DNA of 29,908 nucleotides from a virus (Duplodnaviria > Caudoviricetes). Under the pieces are notes generated by a model. That model searched no databases, had not been told where the DNA came from, and was given only the letters and a program-made list of their open reading frames with translations. The DNA lies in IMG/VR virus record IMGVR_UViG_3300044723_007383, positions 1 through 29,908 of that record; one strand, 5' to 3'. Positions 1-9,205 of the stretch are shown in pieces. Every line of letters starts with the position of its first letter. Position 1 is the stretch's first letter. Both the position numbers and the translations under genes were made by a program.

Positions 1-44
1 TTTTTAATTAGGCTCTATTTTTTTCCAAAAAAACAAGGATCGAC

Positions 45-686
45 ATGCTTGATAAACAAAAACGTGAGACATTTTGTGAGGCCATCAGAAAAGGTTGCAC
101 ATACAAAGCAGCTGCATCAGCAGTTGGAGTTTGTGAAAAAACAATTTATAACTGGTTCAGAAAAGGCAGAGAGGCAACACGTAAAAATGATAAGTATAGA
201 CATTTTTTACAGTGTGTAAAAAAGGCAGAGCACGAACGTCAACAGTTTTTACTTGAGAGGGTCATCAATGCGAGTGAAAAAGATTGGAAAGCAGCAGCTT
301 GGTTGTTGGAGAGAAGAGATGCATACCGCAAAGATGCTGTATTTGATGAAATACCAGAGCAAGAGCAAGATGAGGCTGTTGTGCCTGCTAGTGCTCTTGA
401 CTTATTTGAGGCCCAAGCAAAAGACTTGAGGAGTGCAATGGCTCAAGCAATGGCATCTCAATCTTGGCAAGCATATGCAGCATTGCAAAGACAATATGTG
501 TCTGTTGTCGATCAAATCAGAGTCATCAAAGCAGAGCAGGCAGAGACTGATGCATTGGACTCTGCATCAGATGAGCACTTGAGACAAGAGGCAGTTATGG
601 CAATCATCAATTTGCCTCCAGTATTGAGACAGGAGATCATTGATGAGTTAGCAAGATATAACAATGTTTTACCATTTAAAAAGTAA
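45..686 (+). CDS. terS: Terminase small subunit (N-terminal HTH)
   Basis: HTH-like TYKAAASAVGVCEKTIYNW and a WKAAAWLLERR motif typical of phage TerS-like proteins; lies upstream of terL; RBS AAGGA. Confidence 0.7.
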   Translation: MLDKQKRETFCEAIRKGCTYKAAASAVGVCEKTIYNWFRKGREATRKNDKYRHFLQCVKKAEHERQQFLLERVINASEKDWKAAAWLLERRDAYRKDAVFDEIPEQEQDEAVVPASALDLFEAQAKDLRSAMAQAMASQSWQAYAALQRQYVSVVDQIRVIKAEQAETDALDSASDEHLRQEAVMAIINLPPVLRQEIIDELARYNNVLPFKK

Positions 687-703
687 TACCAGGATAAACC
701 GAC

Positions 704-1351
704 ATGATAAATTTATATAATGCAGACTGTCTCAGTGCAATGCTTGAGATGGCTGACAATCAATTTGATTTGGCAATTGTTGATCCACCATATGGCATCA
801 ATGCAGGTTTGAGAAGATCTGACACAGGCAAAAACAAACATATTAAACAAAAAGATTACCATTATGGTGATTGGGATAAATCAATACCATCAAAGCAATA
901 TTTTGATCAGTTAAAGAGAGTAAGCAAAAACCAAATTATTTGGGGTGGCAATTACTTTCTTGATTATTTATCAAATACCAAATCAATGATTGTATGGGAC
1001 AAAAAAAATGGTGATAATTTATATGCAGATGCTGAGATTGCTTGGACTTCTTTTGATATGGCTGTAAGACTATTTGCATATAAATGGCATGGGTTTTTGC
1101 AAGAAAATATGAGACATAAAGAGTTGCGAATTCATCCAACTCAAAAGCCAGTTGCTCTCTACACTTGGATCTTGCATAAATATGCCAAAGAGGGTGACAG
1201 TATACTTGACACACACCTTGGCTCTGGCAGCATTGCCATTGCCTGTCATGATATGGGTTTTGATTTGACAGCATATGAGATTGATGAGGAGTATTTTGCT
1301 GCAGCATCAAACAGACTCAAGCAACATCAAAGGCAACTCAAACTGTTTTAG
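704..1351 (+). CDS. Orphan DNA N6-adenine/N4-cytosine methyltransferase (beta-class motif order)
   Basis: Catalytic DPPY precedes HPTQKP and the SAM-binding DTHLGSGS; C-terminus ends QLKLF. Confidence 0.92.
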   Translation: MINLYNADCLSAMLEMADNQFDLAIVDPPYGINAGLRRSDTGKNKHIKQKDYHYGDWDKSIPSKQYFDQLKRVSKNQIIWGGNYFLDYLSNTKSMIVWDKKNGDNLYADAEIAWTSFDMAVRLFAYKWHGFLQENMRHKELRIHPTQKPVALYTWILHKYAKEGDSILDTHLGSGSIAIACHDMGFDLTAYEIDEEYFAAASNRLKQHQRQLKLF

Positions 1352-1429
1352 GTTTATTTTACAATGCACAAATCAACAGATACTTGATTTATGTGATAAT
1401 ATATAAACAAATTTATCTATGGAGATATT

Positions 1430-1624
1430 ATGAGAATCAAAATACCTTGGTGGAATGTCACAGAGATCATCATTAACCAACTCAAAAAGGCTGTCAAAGA
1501 TATGCAAGAGGCAAAGCAAGATGATGACAAGATCACTCAAGATGAGTGGAAAAATTTGCTTGCAGAGAATATGATTGAATTGATACCACAGTTGGCAGAG
1601 ATTTTGCACAGTGCTAACAGGTAA
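1430..1624 (+). CDS. Hypothetical 64-aa protein
   Basis: GGAG RBS at 1421; its stop overlaps the terL start region; DDDKITQDEW resembles an EF-hand-like loop. Confidence 0.7.
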   Translation: MRIKIPWWNVTEIIINQLKKAVKDMQEAKQDDDKITQDEWKNLLAENMIELIPQLAEILHSANR

Positions 1625-3047
1625 GAGAGATATATCATTTGTCAAAAGGATCTTGCAGCTCAAGCATAGAAGTGAGCAAGATCCATTGAGGTTTTTTTGT
1701 GCAACACCTCCTCAAGAGAAGTATATCAATGATGCATCACCTGTCAAGTTGTTGCTTGGTGGCAACCAAGTTGGCAAGACATATGCAACATGTGCCTTGC
1801 TGCTGTATCATTGCCTCAATAGACATCCAACACTCAAAACTGATCCTCCTCCAATAGAGGCATGGTTAGTCACACACTCTCATGAGCAAAGCAGAACAAT
1901 ACAAGCAAAGTTGTGGAGTATGTGCCCAAAAGAGGAATTGCATGAGTCTGTTGAGTTTGTACCTGGTAAAGGTTTCCGAGGTTTGGCACCTGTTGTCAGG
2001 TTCAAAAATGGTAGTATCATCAGAATCAAGACAGCCAATCAAGGCCTTGGGCTGGCATCAGCAACTGCAAATCTTGTGTGCATAGATGAGCCAGTTGATG
2101 CTTTGACATTTAATGAGTTGCTTGCAAGGACTTTGAGAGGTGGTGCAGGTGGTAAGAGTGGCACATTGGCCATCTCAATGACTCCAGTTGGCAGTGTTGA
2201 TGTTTCCTACATCAGAGATATGATTGAGCAAGACAGGATATCAGTGCATAGAGCACCTTTGACAGTTGAGCAGACAACTCCAAAAGGCTGCAAACCAATA
2301 CTCTCACAGAATCAGATTGACACCATCACAGCAAACTATTTGCCAATAGATAGAGAGGCACGCATAACTGGCTCACTTGATGTGACTCCACAAGGCATCA
2401 TCTTTGATACCTTTGACCCAACAACAATGGTGTCATCTCAGCCTGTGCCTGCTGGTGGTGACTACAAATTTGCTGTTGGCATTGACCATGGTAGCCAGCC
2501 AAATACACAGGTTGCTGTGCTTTGCTGCATTGATATGAGAGACATACAGACACCAACAGTGTATGTGCTTGATGAGAGAGTTGGAGGTGCAGCAGCACCA
2601 GAGCACCATGCTCAGGCAATATTGGAGATGGTCAAAAGCAATGGCATTGACCCAGCAATTTGCACTTGGACTGGTGACAATACACACTCAGGCTCAAGAG
2701 ATAAACGAGTCAAAAAGATGAGCAACTTGGTGCTGATGAGAGCCTTTGAGAGGATATTGCATTTGCCTCCAAAAGGTTTGCCATTTACCATCAGAACAGC
2801 AGTCAAGTACAGACACAGTGTGTATTTTGGTGCATCAATGTTGCACGCAATCATGTCCAGAAAACAATTTTATATCAGACCAGAGGCAAAGAGAACATTG
2901 GCCAGCATAATGAATTGGACAATGAAGAGAACACAAAGTCAAAGGTCAAAAGATGAGTATGGTCATTGTATTGATGCACTCAGATATGCAATAATGCCTG
3001 TTATAGATTATAGATATGTACCACCAACAAGAGTGAGAATTTCATGA
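1611..3047 (+). CDS. terL: Terminase large subunit
   Basis: Walker A GGNQVGKT, Walker B VCIDE, coupling motif SMTP, nuclease GIDHG and C-terminal HCIDALRY. GTG start is uncertain. Confidence 0.93.
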   Translation: MLTGKRDISFVKRILQLKHRSEQDPLRFFCATPPQEKYINDASPVKLLLGGNQVGKTYATCALLLYHCLNRHPTLKTDPPPIEAWLVTHSHEQSRTIQAKLWSMCPKEELHESVEFVPGKGFRGLAPVVRFKNGSIIRIKTANQGLGLASATANLVCIDEPVDALTFNELLARTLRGGAGGKSGTLAISMTPVGSVDVSYIRDMIEQDRISVHRAPLTVEQTTPKGCKPILSQNQIDTITANYLPIDREARITGSLDVTPQGIIFDTFDPTTMVSSQPVPAGGDYKFAVGIDHGSQPNTQVAVLCCIDMRDIQTPTVYVLDERVGGAAAPEHHAQAILEMVKSNGIDPAICTWTGDNTHSGSRDKRVKKMSNLVLMRAFERILHLPPKGLPFTIRTAVKYRHSVYFGASMLHAIMSRKQFYIRPEAKRTLASIMNWTMKRTQSQRSKDEYGHCIDALRYAIMPVIDYRYVPPTRVRIS

Positions 3048-4486
3048 TACCTCAAAAACCTTTAGCACCAACACAAGCAGATGAGTCAAGATGGCAGCAC
3101 ACAGCACTGAGGAGACGTATGCTGCAAGGAACTTGGGAACAAGATCTCGAAGATGAATTATACAGACACCTACCATCTGACAGACGTGAGGCATGGGGGC
3201 CATCAGATCTCTCATCAAACGTCTTTGAGCAGGTGACAAGACAGTTGGCAGTGTTGTACACAGAGAAACCAATTGTAACCAACTCAGGTGCAGATATTGA
3301 GCCTTTGACTGGTCATGATGGCTATATATACAAGGCAGGTCTTTGGCCATTGATGCAACGTATGCAACAGTATACACTTGGCCTCAGAGAGTGCATAATG
3401 AGAATAGATGTATCTCCACATGTGCAAAATGCATCTGCTGACTATCCTGGTCTGCAATATCGAATTGTAACACCAGATTATGTGATTTGTGAGGCCTCAC
3501 CAGATGTGCCAGATGAGCCAACATATTTTGCTGAGTTGAGATTGAGACAGATCAACGGTAAGCAAAAATATGTATATGATGTATTTGATATCAGAGACAA
3601 AGCAAATCCAAAGTTTGGCATGTTCAAAGCAAATGCAGATGGCACAATTGGTGATGATGTATCAAAAGAGGTTATGGGCCATCCAACTCACGAGGGTGCA
3701 AACTATCCATATTTTGACAGCAAAGGTCAGCCATTTTTGCCAATCGTTATGTATCATGCTGAGAAAACTGGTTATCTATGGGATACATATGCCCAGTCTC
3801 AGCTAGTTTTTGGCTCATTACAATCGGCAGTATTCTACTGTTTTTATAGCCATTTATTGAAAGATTGCAGTTGGCCTCAAAAGTATGCAATTGGTGTAAC
3901 TCTGCAAGGTTTGACCCAACTTGATCAGGACTCTGTTGCAAGACGTGCAGGCATCTCCACAGACCCAAGCACAATATTGATGTTTCAACCTACTGAGGAC
4001 ACTCAGCCAGTTTTGGGCCAGTTTCAACCAGGTGCAGATGTGTCATCATTCTTGGAATCTATTGCAAAGTATGAGTACAGAGTTGCAACAAGTGCAGGCA
4101 TCTCACCAAGTGAGTTGCAAAGAACCTCAGGAGATCCAAGATCAGGCTATGCACTTGCTGTGAGTAGGACAGGCCAAAGAGAGGCACAGAAAAAATATGC
4201 CTCTGTTTTTCGCATGGCTGATGAGAGTTTGATGCAAAAAAGTGCTATTATGGCAAATCGCTTTTTGGGTGAGTCATTGCCAGAAGATGGCTACAGAGTT
4301 GCATATCAAGCATTGCCATTGTCACCAGAGGAGATCAAAGCACAGAGAGAGGATATTGTGCAAAAACTCAGTGCAGGTCTCATCTCACCAATCACAGCAA
4401 TGCAAATGATGTATCCAGATCTTGATGAGCAAGGTGCCATCACAATGCTTGAAAAGATACGCAAAGAAAGAGCACAATATCTATAA
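3044..4486 (+). CDS. Portal protein
   Basis: 480 aa, ATGA overlap with terL, SG-x-AL motif (RSGYALA) followed by helical C-terminal part, canonical position. Confidence 0.8.
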   Translation: MIPQKPLAPTQADESRWQHTALRRRMLQGTWEQDLEDELYRHLPSDRREAWGPSDLSSNVFEQVTRQLAVLYTEKPIVTNSGADIEPLTGHDGYIYKAGLWPLMQRMQQYTLGLRECIMRIDVSPHVQNASADYPGLQYRIVTPDYVICEASPDVPDEPTYFAELRLRQINGKQKYVYDVFDIRDKANPKFGMFKANADGTIGDDVSKEVMGHPTHEGANYPYFDSKGQPFLPIVMYHAEKTGYLWDTYAQSQLVFGSLQSAVFYCFYSHLLKDCSWPQKYAIGVTLQGLTQLDQDSVARRAGISTDPSTILMFQPTEDTQPVLGQFQPGADVSSFLESIAKYEYRVATSAGISPSELQRTSGDPRSGYALAVSRTGQREAQKKYASVFRMADESLMQKSAIMANRFLGESLPEDGYRVAYQALPLSPEEIKAQREDIVQKLSAGLISPITAMQMMYPDLDEQGAITMLEKIRKERAQYL

Positions 4487-4516
4487 CTTTAACCTACAAC
4501 AAAAGGACATACCGAC

Positions 4517-5191
4517 ATGAAAACTATCACAGGTGATGATGGCCAAGTCTACGTTTTGAAAACAGACATGGAACAAGTCATAAAAGAAAGAATATCAAAA
4601 GTGAGTGCAAGAGCACAACAAGCAGAAGAGCAAGTCAGGACTCTGCAAACAGATCTTGATGCAGCCAAACAAAGTGCAGGCACATCAGATGTGTTGGCCC
4701 AACAACTTGAGGAGTACAGAGAGCAACTGACTCAAGCAAACAGCAGATTTGACAGATACAAAGCAATCTCAAAGCATGGTCTTGTTGATGATGATATGAT
4801 TGAGGCCATCGAGTGGAGTTATGAAAAAGCACAGAGCAAAGTTGCAAAGAAAGACAGACAGAGTCTCACTGACTGGCTTGAGAGTGCTGTGAGCAATCCA
4901 GACAACGCACCAACAGTATTGAGACCACATTTGATGCAACTCCAACAGCAAACAGCAGAGGCAGCACCAACAGAGCAAGTCACAGAACAAGTCACAGAAC
5001 AAGTCACACCACAAGTCACACCACAAGTCACACCACAAGTCACACAACAAGCAGCACCAAATGTCAATGCTGGTGCAATGCCTCCTCAAGACTCACCAGA
5101 TATCATCTCAAGAGGTTTGAGTGATAGTGACTTTTACCAAAACAACAGAGATGCCATCATGCAACAATGGCGCGCCAAATACGGGAGATAG
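4517..5191 (+). CDS. Capsid scaffolding protein
   Basis: Coiled-coil N-half, Pro/Gln-rich linker, basic C-terminus; directly after the portal. Confidence 0.7.
   Translation: MKTITGDDGQVYVLKTDMEQVIKERISKVSARAQQAEEQVRTLQTDLDAAKQSAGTSDVLAQQLEEYREQLTQANSRFDRYKAISKHGLVDDDMIEAIEWSYEKAQSKVAKKDRQSLTDWLESAVSNPDNAPTVLRPHLMQLQQQTAEAAPTEQVTEQVTEQVTPQVTPQVTPQVTQQAAPNVNAGAMPPQDSPDIISRGLSDSDFYQNNRDAIMQQWRAKYGR
4976..5047 (+). repeat. 6 x 12-bp in-frame tandem repeat CAAGTCACA(GAA/CCA/CAA) encoding QVT(E/P/Q)
   Basis: CAAGTCACA starts at 4976, 4988, 5000, 5012, 5024 and 5036. Confidence 0.95.
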
Positions 5192-5193
5192 AC

Positions 5194-5502
5194 ATGGCAA
5201 CAGATTTGAGAGGGGTAAACAAATTCCCACATTTTAAAGTATTTACAGCAAACACCAATGCCACAGAGATACAGCTGCCATCTCAATGCAGCAAAGTGAC
5301 AATTGGATCTCAGGGATCACCTTTGTACATTGGGCAAAATGATTGCACAGATGGTGATGCAATGCCTGCTGACAAGATGTTTGTACCATCCAACAACAGC
5401 ATTGAGATCAAAATTGGTAGAGGTAATTCAAGAGCAACAAGCATCTTTATTGCATCACAATCTGGCTCAGCATCTGTGAGTGTTGTGCTTGAGGAGACAT
5501 AA
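5194..5502 (+). CDS. Small beta-rich virion-type protein, paralogue of 29577..29888
   Basis: Start moved from 5167 to ATG 5194 (GGGAG RBS; MATD matches the paralogue's N-terminus); shares TEIQLPSQC, CTDG and G(R/K)GNSR. Confidence 0.8.
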   Translation: MATDLRGVNKFPHFKVFTANTNATEIQLPSQCSKVTIGSQGSPLYIGQNDCTDGDAMPADKMFVPSNNSIEIKIGRGNSRATSIFIASQSGSASVSVVLEET

Positions 5503-5505
5503 TCA

Positions 5506-5760
5506 ATGGCTAGATTTAGTTATCCAAAAATACAAGAGGGGGCAAATGTGAAATATGCAGATCTCAATAGTCAAGTTGATGGCTCAAATACTGTTTTTTC
5601 AGTACCGGAAAACTATGAGAGTGGTACACTGTATGTGTTCTTCAATGGTATGATACAGACCAGAGGAGATGGATACACAGAAACAACATCAAGCACATTT
5701 ACTCTGACATTCACACCTGACTCAGGTGAGAATATCATCATATTATATACACCTTCATAA
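5506..5760 (+). CDS. Small beta-sandwich structural protein (fibre-associated)
   Basis: GAGGAG RBS; pattern V-x-x-NG-x-x-Q...G-x-x-Y...LTF...G-x-x-I-x-I-x-Y resembles the C-terminal domain of the next gene. Confidence 0.7.
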   Translation: MARFSYPKIQEGANVKYADLNSQVDGSNTVFSVPENYESGTLYVFFNGMIQTRGDGYTETTSSTFTLTFTPDSGENIIILYTPS

Positions 5761-5787
5761 CCTAACATAACATAAAGGAGTCTCATA

Positions 5788-7599
5788 ATGAGCGTACAAA
5801 TTAGAGGAGGTCAAATTCAAAATGCCTCTATTTCTTCAACACAATTAGCAAATGACTCAGTTGGTGCAAGTCAGTTGGCATCAAATGCTGTCACCTCTGA
5901 CAAAATCCAAGCAAATGCAATTACCTCTGCCAAGTTGGCCAGTGGTGTCATCAATGCCACATCTCTCATTGCAGACGGTATCATCACATCTGCAAAGATG
6001 GATCTCTCTGGCACCTTTGACTTTTCCTCTGGTACCTTGCAAGCAGGAACACCATCAAACGCATCAGACGTTGCAAACAAGTCATATGTTGATGGCATTG
6101 TTGGCGGTGGAGTATATTGGAAAGAGCCAGCAAAGGCATCATCAACAGCAAATGTGACCATCTCAAATCCAGGCACAGACTCTTTTGATGGTGTTACATT
6201 GGTCTCTGGTGATAGATTACTACTCAAAAACCAAACCAGTCAGGCTGAAAATGGTGTATATGATTTCAATGGGTCATCATCTGCATTGACAAGATCATCA
6301 GATGCCAACAGTGCTGATGAGTTAAATGGTCTTGCTATCTTTGTCAAAGAGGGTACTGCCAATGCTGATCAGGGTTTTGTGCAAACATCTGAGATTGCAA
6401 CAATAGGCTCTGACAATGTTGTATTTGTTCAGTTTACTGGACTTGGTCAAATCACTGCTGGTGATGGACTTGAGAAGTCTGGCAACACATTGAGTGTCTC
6501 TGTTGGCAATGGTATCTCAACCAGTGCAGGTGATATTGTTGTTGCTGCTGGTGCTGGTCTGGACTTCAATGCTGGTGATCTTGATGTGCAGGTTGATGAC
6601 TCATCTATTGAGATCAATGCTGGTGCTTTGAGAGTCAAAGCAGATGGTATCACATCATCAATGATTGGTACAAATCAAGTCACAGGCAACGAAATATCAG
6701 CAGGCGGAGTTGGCACAGCAAACTTGGCTGACTCTAGTGTTTCTACGGCCAAATTAGGTGCAAGTGCCGTCACAGAGGCTAAATTAGCCAGCCTCAGTGT
6801 CTCTGAGGGTAAGATACAGAACAATGCAATTACTGCAAGCAAGATTGCAAGTGCTGTTGCTGGTGATGGTCTTGCTGGTGGTGCTGGATCTGCATTGTCT
6901 GTCAATGTTGATGACTCATCTATTGAGATCAATGCTGACTCTCTACGAGTCAAAGATCTTGGAATCTCCTCAGCAAAAATTGCAGAGTCTGCAATTTCAA
7001 CAGCCAAAATTCTTGATGCCAATGTCACTGGTGTCAAATTAGCTGCTTCAGTTGCTGGCAATGGTTTGCAAAAAGATGGCAGTAACAATTTGGAGGTTGC
7101 TGCTGGTGATGGTTTGGACTTCAATGCTGGAGATCTTGAGGTGCAACTTGGGCAAGGTCTTGGCTTTACTCCAGATGGAGTGATTGAGCCAGAGGTTGAT
7201 GACTCTACCATTGAGATTGATGGTGTCAGCAATGAATTGCAAGTCAAAAATCTTGGAATCTCAACAGCCAAAATTGCAGACTCTGCAATTTCAACGATTA
7301 AGCTATCCAATGACAGTGTCACAGCAGAAAAAGTTGGCTTTCAAGGGTATCAAGAATTGACAACAGTGTCAGGCTCATCAACAGTCAATATTGATCTTGC
7401 AAGAGAAGTTGATAGTGCGTTTGCAAATGGTATTATGGCATTTAAAAACGGTTTGGCATTGCTCAATCAAACTGCTCTTGGTGGATCAGCTGCAAACAAT
7501 GATGAGTTTACATTGTCAGTTGTTGGAGGAGTGACACGTTTGAGTTTTGGAGCTTCTTTGACAGATGGTGATGATGTGCTTGTTGTATACTACGCATAA
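5788..7599 (+). CDS. Fibre/spike-like structural protein with (A/S)(V/I)(T/S)xxK(I/L)A repeats
   Basis: AAGGAG RBS; Gly/Ala/Ser-rich; many 10-residue repeats; three VDDS(S/T)IEI and two GLDFNAGDL repeats; GDRLLLKNQT..ENGVY motif. Confidence 0.75.
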   Translation: MSVQIRGGQIQNASISSTQLANDSVGASQLASNAVTSDKIQANAITSAKLASGVINATSLIADGIITSAKMDLSGTFDFSSGTLQAGTPSNASDVANKSYVDGIVGGGVYWKEPAKASSTANVTISNPGTDSFDGVTLVSGDRLLLKNQTSQAENGVYDFNGSSSALTRSSDANSADELNGLAIFVKEGTANADQGFVQTSEIATIGSDNVVFVQFTGLGQITAGDGLEKSGNTLSVSVGNGISTSAGDIVVAAGAGLDFNAGDLDVQVDDSSIEINAGALRVKADGITSSMIGTNQVTGNEISAGGVGTANLADSSVSTAKLGASAVTEAKLASLSVSEGKIQNNAITASKIASAVAGDGLAGGAGSALSVNVDDSSIEINADSLRVKDLGISSAKIAESAISTAKILDANVTGVKLAASVAGNGLQKDGSNNLEVAAGDGLDFNAGDLEVQLGQGLGFTPDGVIEPEVDDSTIEIDGVSNELQVKNLGISTAKIADSAISTIKLSNDSVTAEKVGFQGYQELTTVSGSSTVNIDLAREVDSAFANGIMAFKNGLALLNQTALGGSAANNDEFTLSVVGGVTRLSFGASLTDGDDVLVVYYA

Positions 7600-7621
7600 T
7601 CAATCACTGACCAGATAACAC

Positions 7622-7652
7622 AAAAACCATCTCATATGAGGTGGTTTTTTTT
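7622..7652. terminator. Bidirectional intrinsic terminator
   Basis: AAAAACCATCTCA-TA-TGAGGTGGTTTTTTTT between two convergent genes. Confidence 0.85.
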
Positions 7653-7950
7653 ATTGCTCATCATCTGTGATTGGTTTGCCAATCCAAGTCTCTGCATCAA
7701 CATCATCAGTGACAATCTCAAAGGCATCATCTCCAACTGCCTCAAGCATCTCATTCCAAGTTTGCTCTATTATCTTTCTGTATTGCTCTGCACTGATTTG
7801 ATGGTTCATTGCAAAGCAGGTTGCAACAAAAATGCACATACGAGTAATGCACTCAGGATCAACACCAACATCCTCAAGACTATATGCAAGTCTCAAAATG
7901 TGTTTTGCTTGGGTGATATCGTGTTGTGAAAACTCTTTTTTAGTGCTCAT
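7651..7950 (-). CDS. Hypothetical acidic protein, opposite strand inside the head module
   Basis: MSTKKEF start with GAGAG RBS; ends at the bidirectional terminator. Confidence 0.7.
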   Translation of the reverse strand: MSTKKEFSQHDITQAKHILRLAYSLEDVGVDPECITRMCIFVATCFAMNHQISAEQYRKIIEQTWNEMLEAVGDDAFEIVTDDVDAETWIGKPITDDEQ

Positions 7951-8129
7951 GATACAAACTCTCAAATAATATGATATAAAGACTTATAGCATACTTTTTG
8001 CTCATACATTTTGTGTGTCAACACTTATTTTGTTTATGGTCGCACCAGTCAACAGCAGAGAAAACAAAAAAAAGATGATACCAACGTCAACAAACTTTTT
8101 TCACCATAAATAATATAGAGGTAAACAAC

Positions 8130-9086
8130 ATGGCAAAAGCAATTACATTTGGCCAAAGTGACTCAACACATCAGGCTCTTGAGGGTGATCTTAGACTCTC
8201 TCAAATGATCAGCGCGGAAATAAATCTTTTACTCCGAGACACATCAAATCTTAGAAACTCACCATTTATATCATATGCAGGCTCAATCAATGGCCTTGGC
8301 TCTGACACCATCAGAGTAAGAAAGGCAGGTCTTGACGGGTTTGACCTTTTTGAGACTCCTACCAATGAGGGTGATGCTGCATCAACTCAAGACTTTACAG
8401 ATGCACACGTTGACATTGCTGTTGCACGTTTAGCATTGATGTATAAGATGACAGACTTGGCATCAATGACTGGCTTTGGTGGCTCTGATATCGACCCATT
8501 CAGATTGGCTCAATCAATGGCAGGATCATATGAGGCATCATTTGCTGATAAGACTGCTGATGCTATTGATGACTTTACCAACATTGTTGGATCTGCATCT
8601 ACTCAAATGTCAGTTGATGACTTTTTTAATGCAATATTCCAACTTGAAAAAGCAGCAAGCAACAAAGGTGCCATTGCACCATTTGCAGCTATTTTGCATC
8701 CAGTTGCTTTGACTGAATTGCAAGACTCTTTGCGTAATGAGACAGGCAATGCAATATCTTATATGGCAGCAACACAAGACATGTTGATGGCAAAAGGGCC
8801 TGGCTATGTTGGCAACTTGCTTGGGGTAGATGTCTATAAGTCATCTTATGTCAACACTGACTCAGGTGCATACCAGTCTGCTATGTTTGGAGTTGGTGCT
8901 CTTGCATATGCTGATGGAGTTCCTGCCTCTTTGCCAGGTGCTGCACAATCAATGTCAATGGGTAAGGTGCTTGTTGAGATGGAGAGAGATGGTGCAAAGG
9001 CCATCACATCTATCATTGGACATGCATATCTTGGACTCTCTGTGATTGATGATGACAGAGGTGTACTCATTAAATCAACCACATAA
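8130..9086 (+). CDS. Major capsid protein (HK97-fold expected)
   Basis: 318 aa, GAGGT RBS, AILHP..L..L and G-x-L-x-GVDVY-x-S patterns, C-terminal beta strands typical of capsid proteins. Confidence 0.8.
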   Translation: MAKAITFGQSDSTHQALEGDLRLSQMISAEINLLLRDTSNLRNSPFISYAGSINGLGSDTIRVRKAGLDGFDLFETPTNEGDAASTQDFTDAHVDIAVARLALMYKMTDLASMTGFGGSDIDPFRLAQSMAGSYEASFADKTADAIDDFTNIVGSASTQMSVDDFFNAIFQLEKAASNKGAIAPFAAILHPVALTELQDSLRNETGNAISYMAATQDMLMAKGPGYVGNLLGVDVYKSSYVNTDSGAYQSAMFGVGALAYADGVPASLPGAAQSMSMGKVLVEMERDGAKAITSIIGHAYLGLSVIDDDRGVLIKSTT

Positions 9087-9109
9087 TAAAAAAGATTTTA
9101 TCTTTCTGA

Positions 9110-9154
9110 CTAAGGGGCTGACTTTTTCATGTCGGTTCCTGGTCATCCCCTTGG
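9110..9154 (+). ncRNA. Candidate regulatory RNA hairpin with an anti-RBS/anti-AUG loop
   Basis: Stem CTAAGGGGcTGACT / GGTCAtCCCCTTGG closes loop TTTTCATGTCGGTTCCT, the reverse complement of AGGAACCGACATGAAAA. Confidence 0.55.
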
Positions 9155-9205
9155 GCAGTTTTCCAAGGAATCGACAAACCAAACCACAAATCAAAAGGAA
9201 CAGAC

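Noticed and set aside
4769-5089. Cys/Trp-rich minus-strand ORFs (CDLW and CGVT repeats)
   Set aside because: They are antisense shadows of the 12-bp scaffold repeat, with no RBS.
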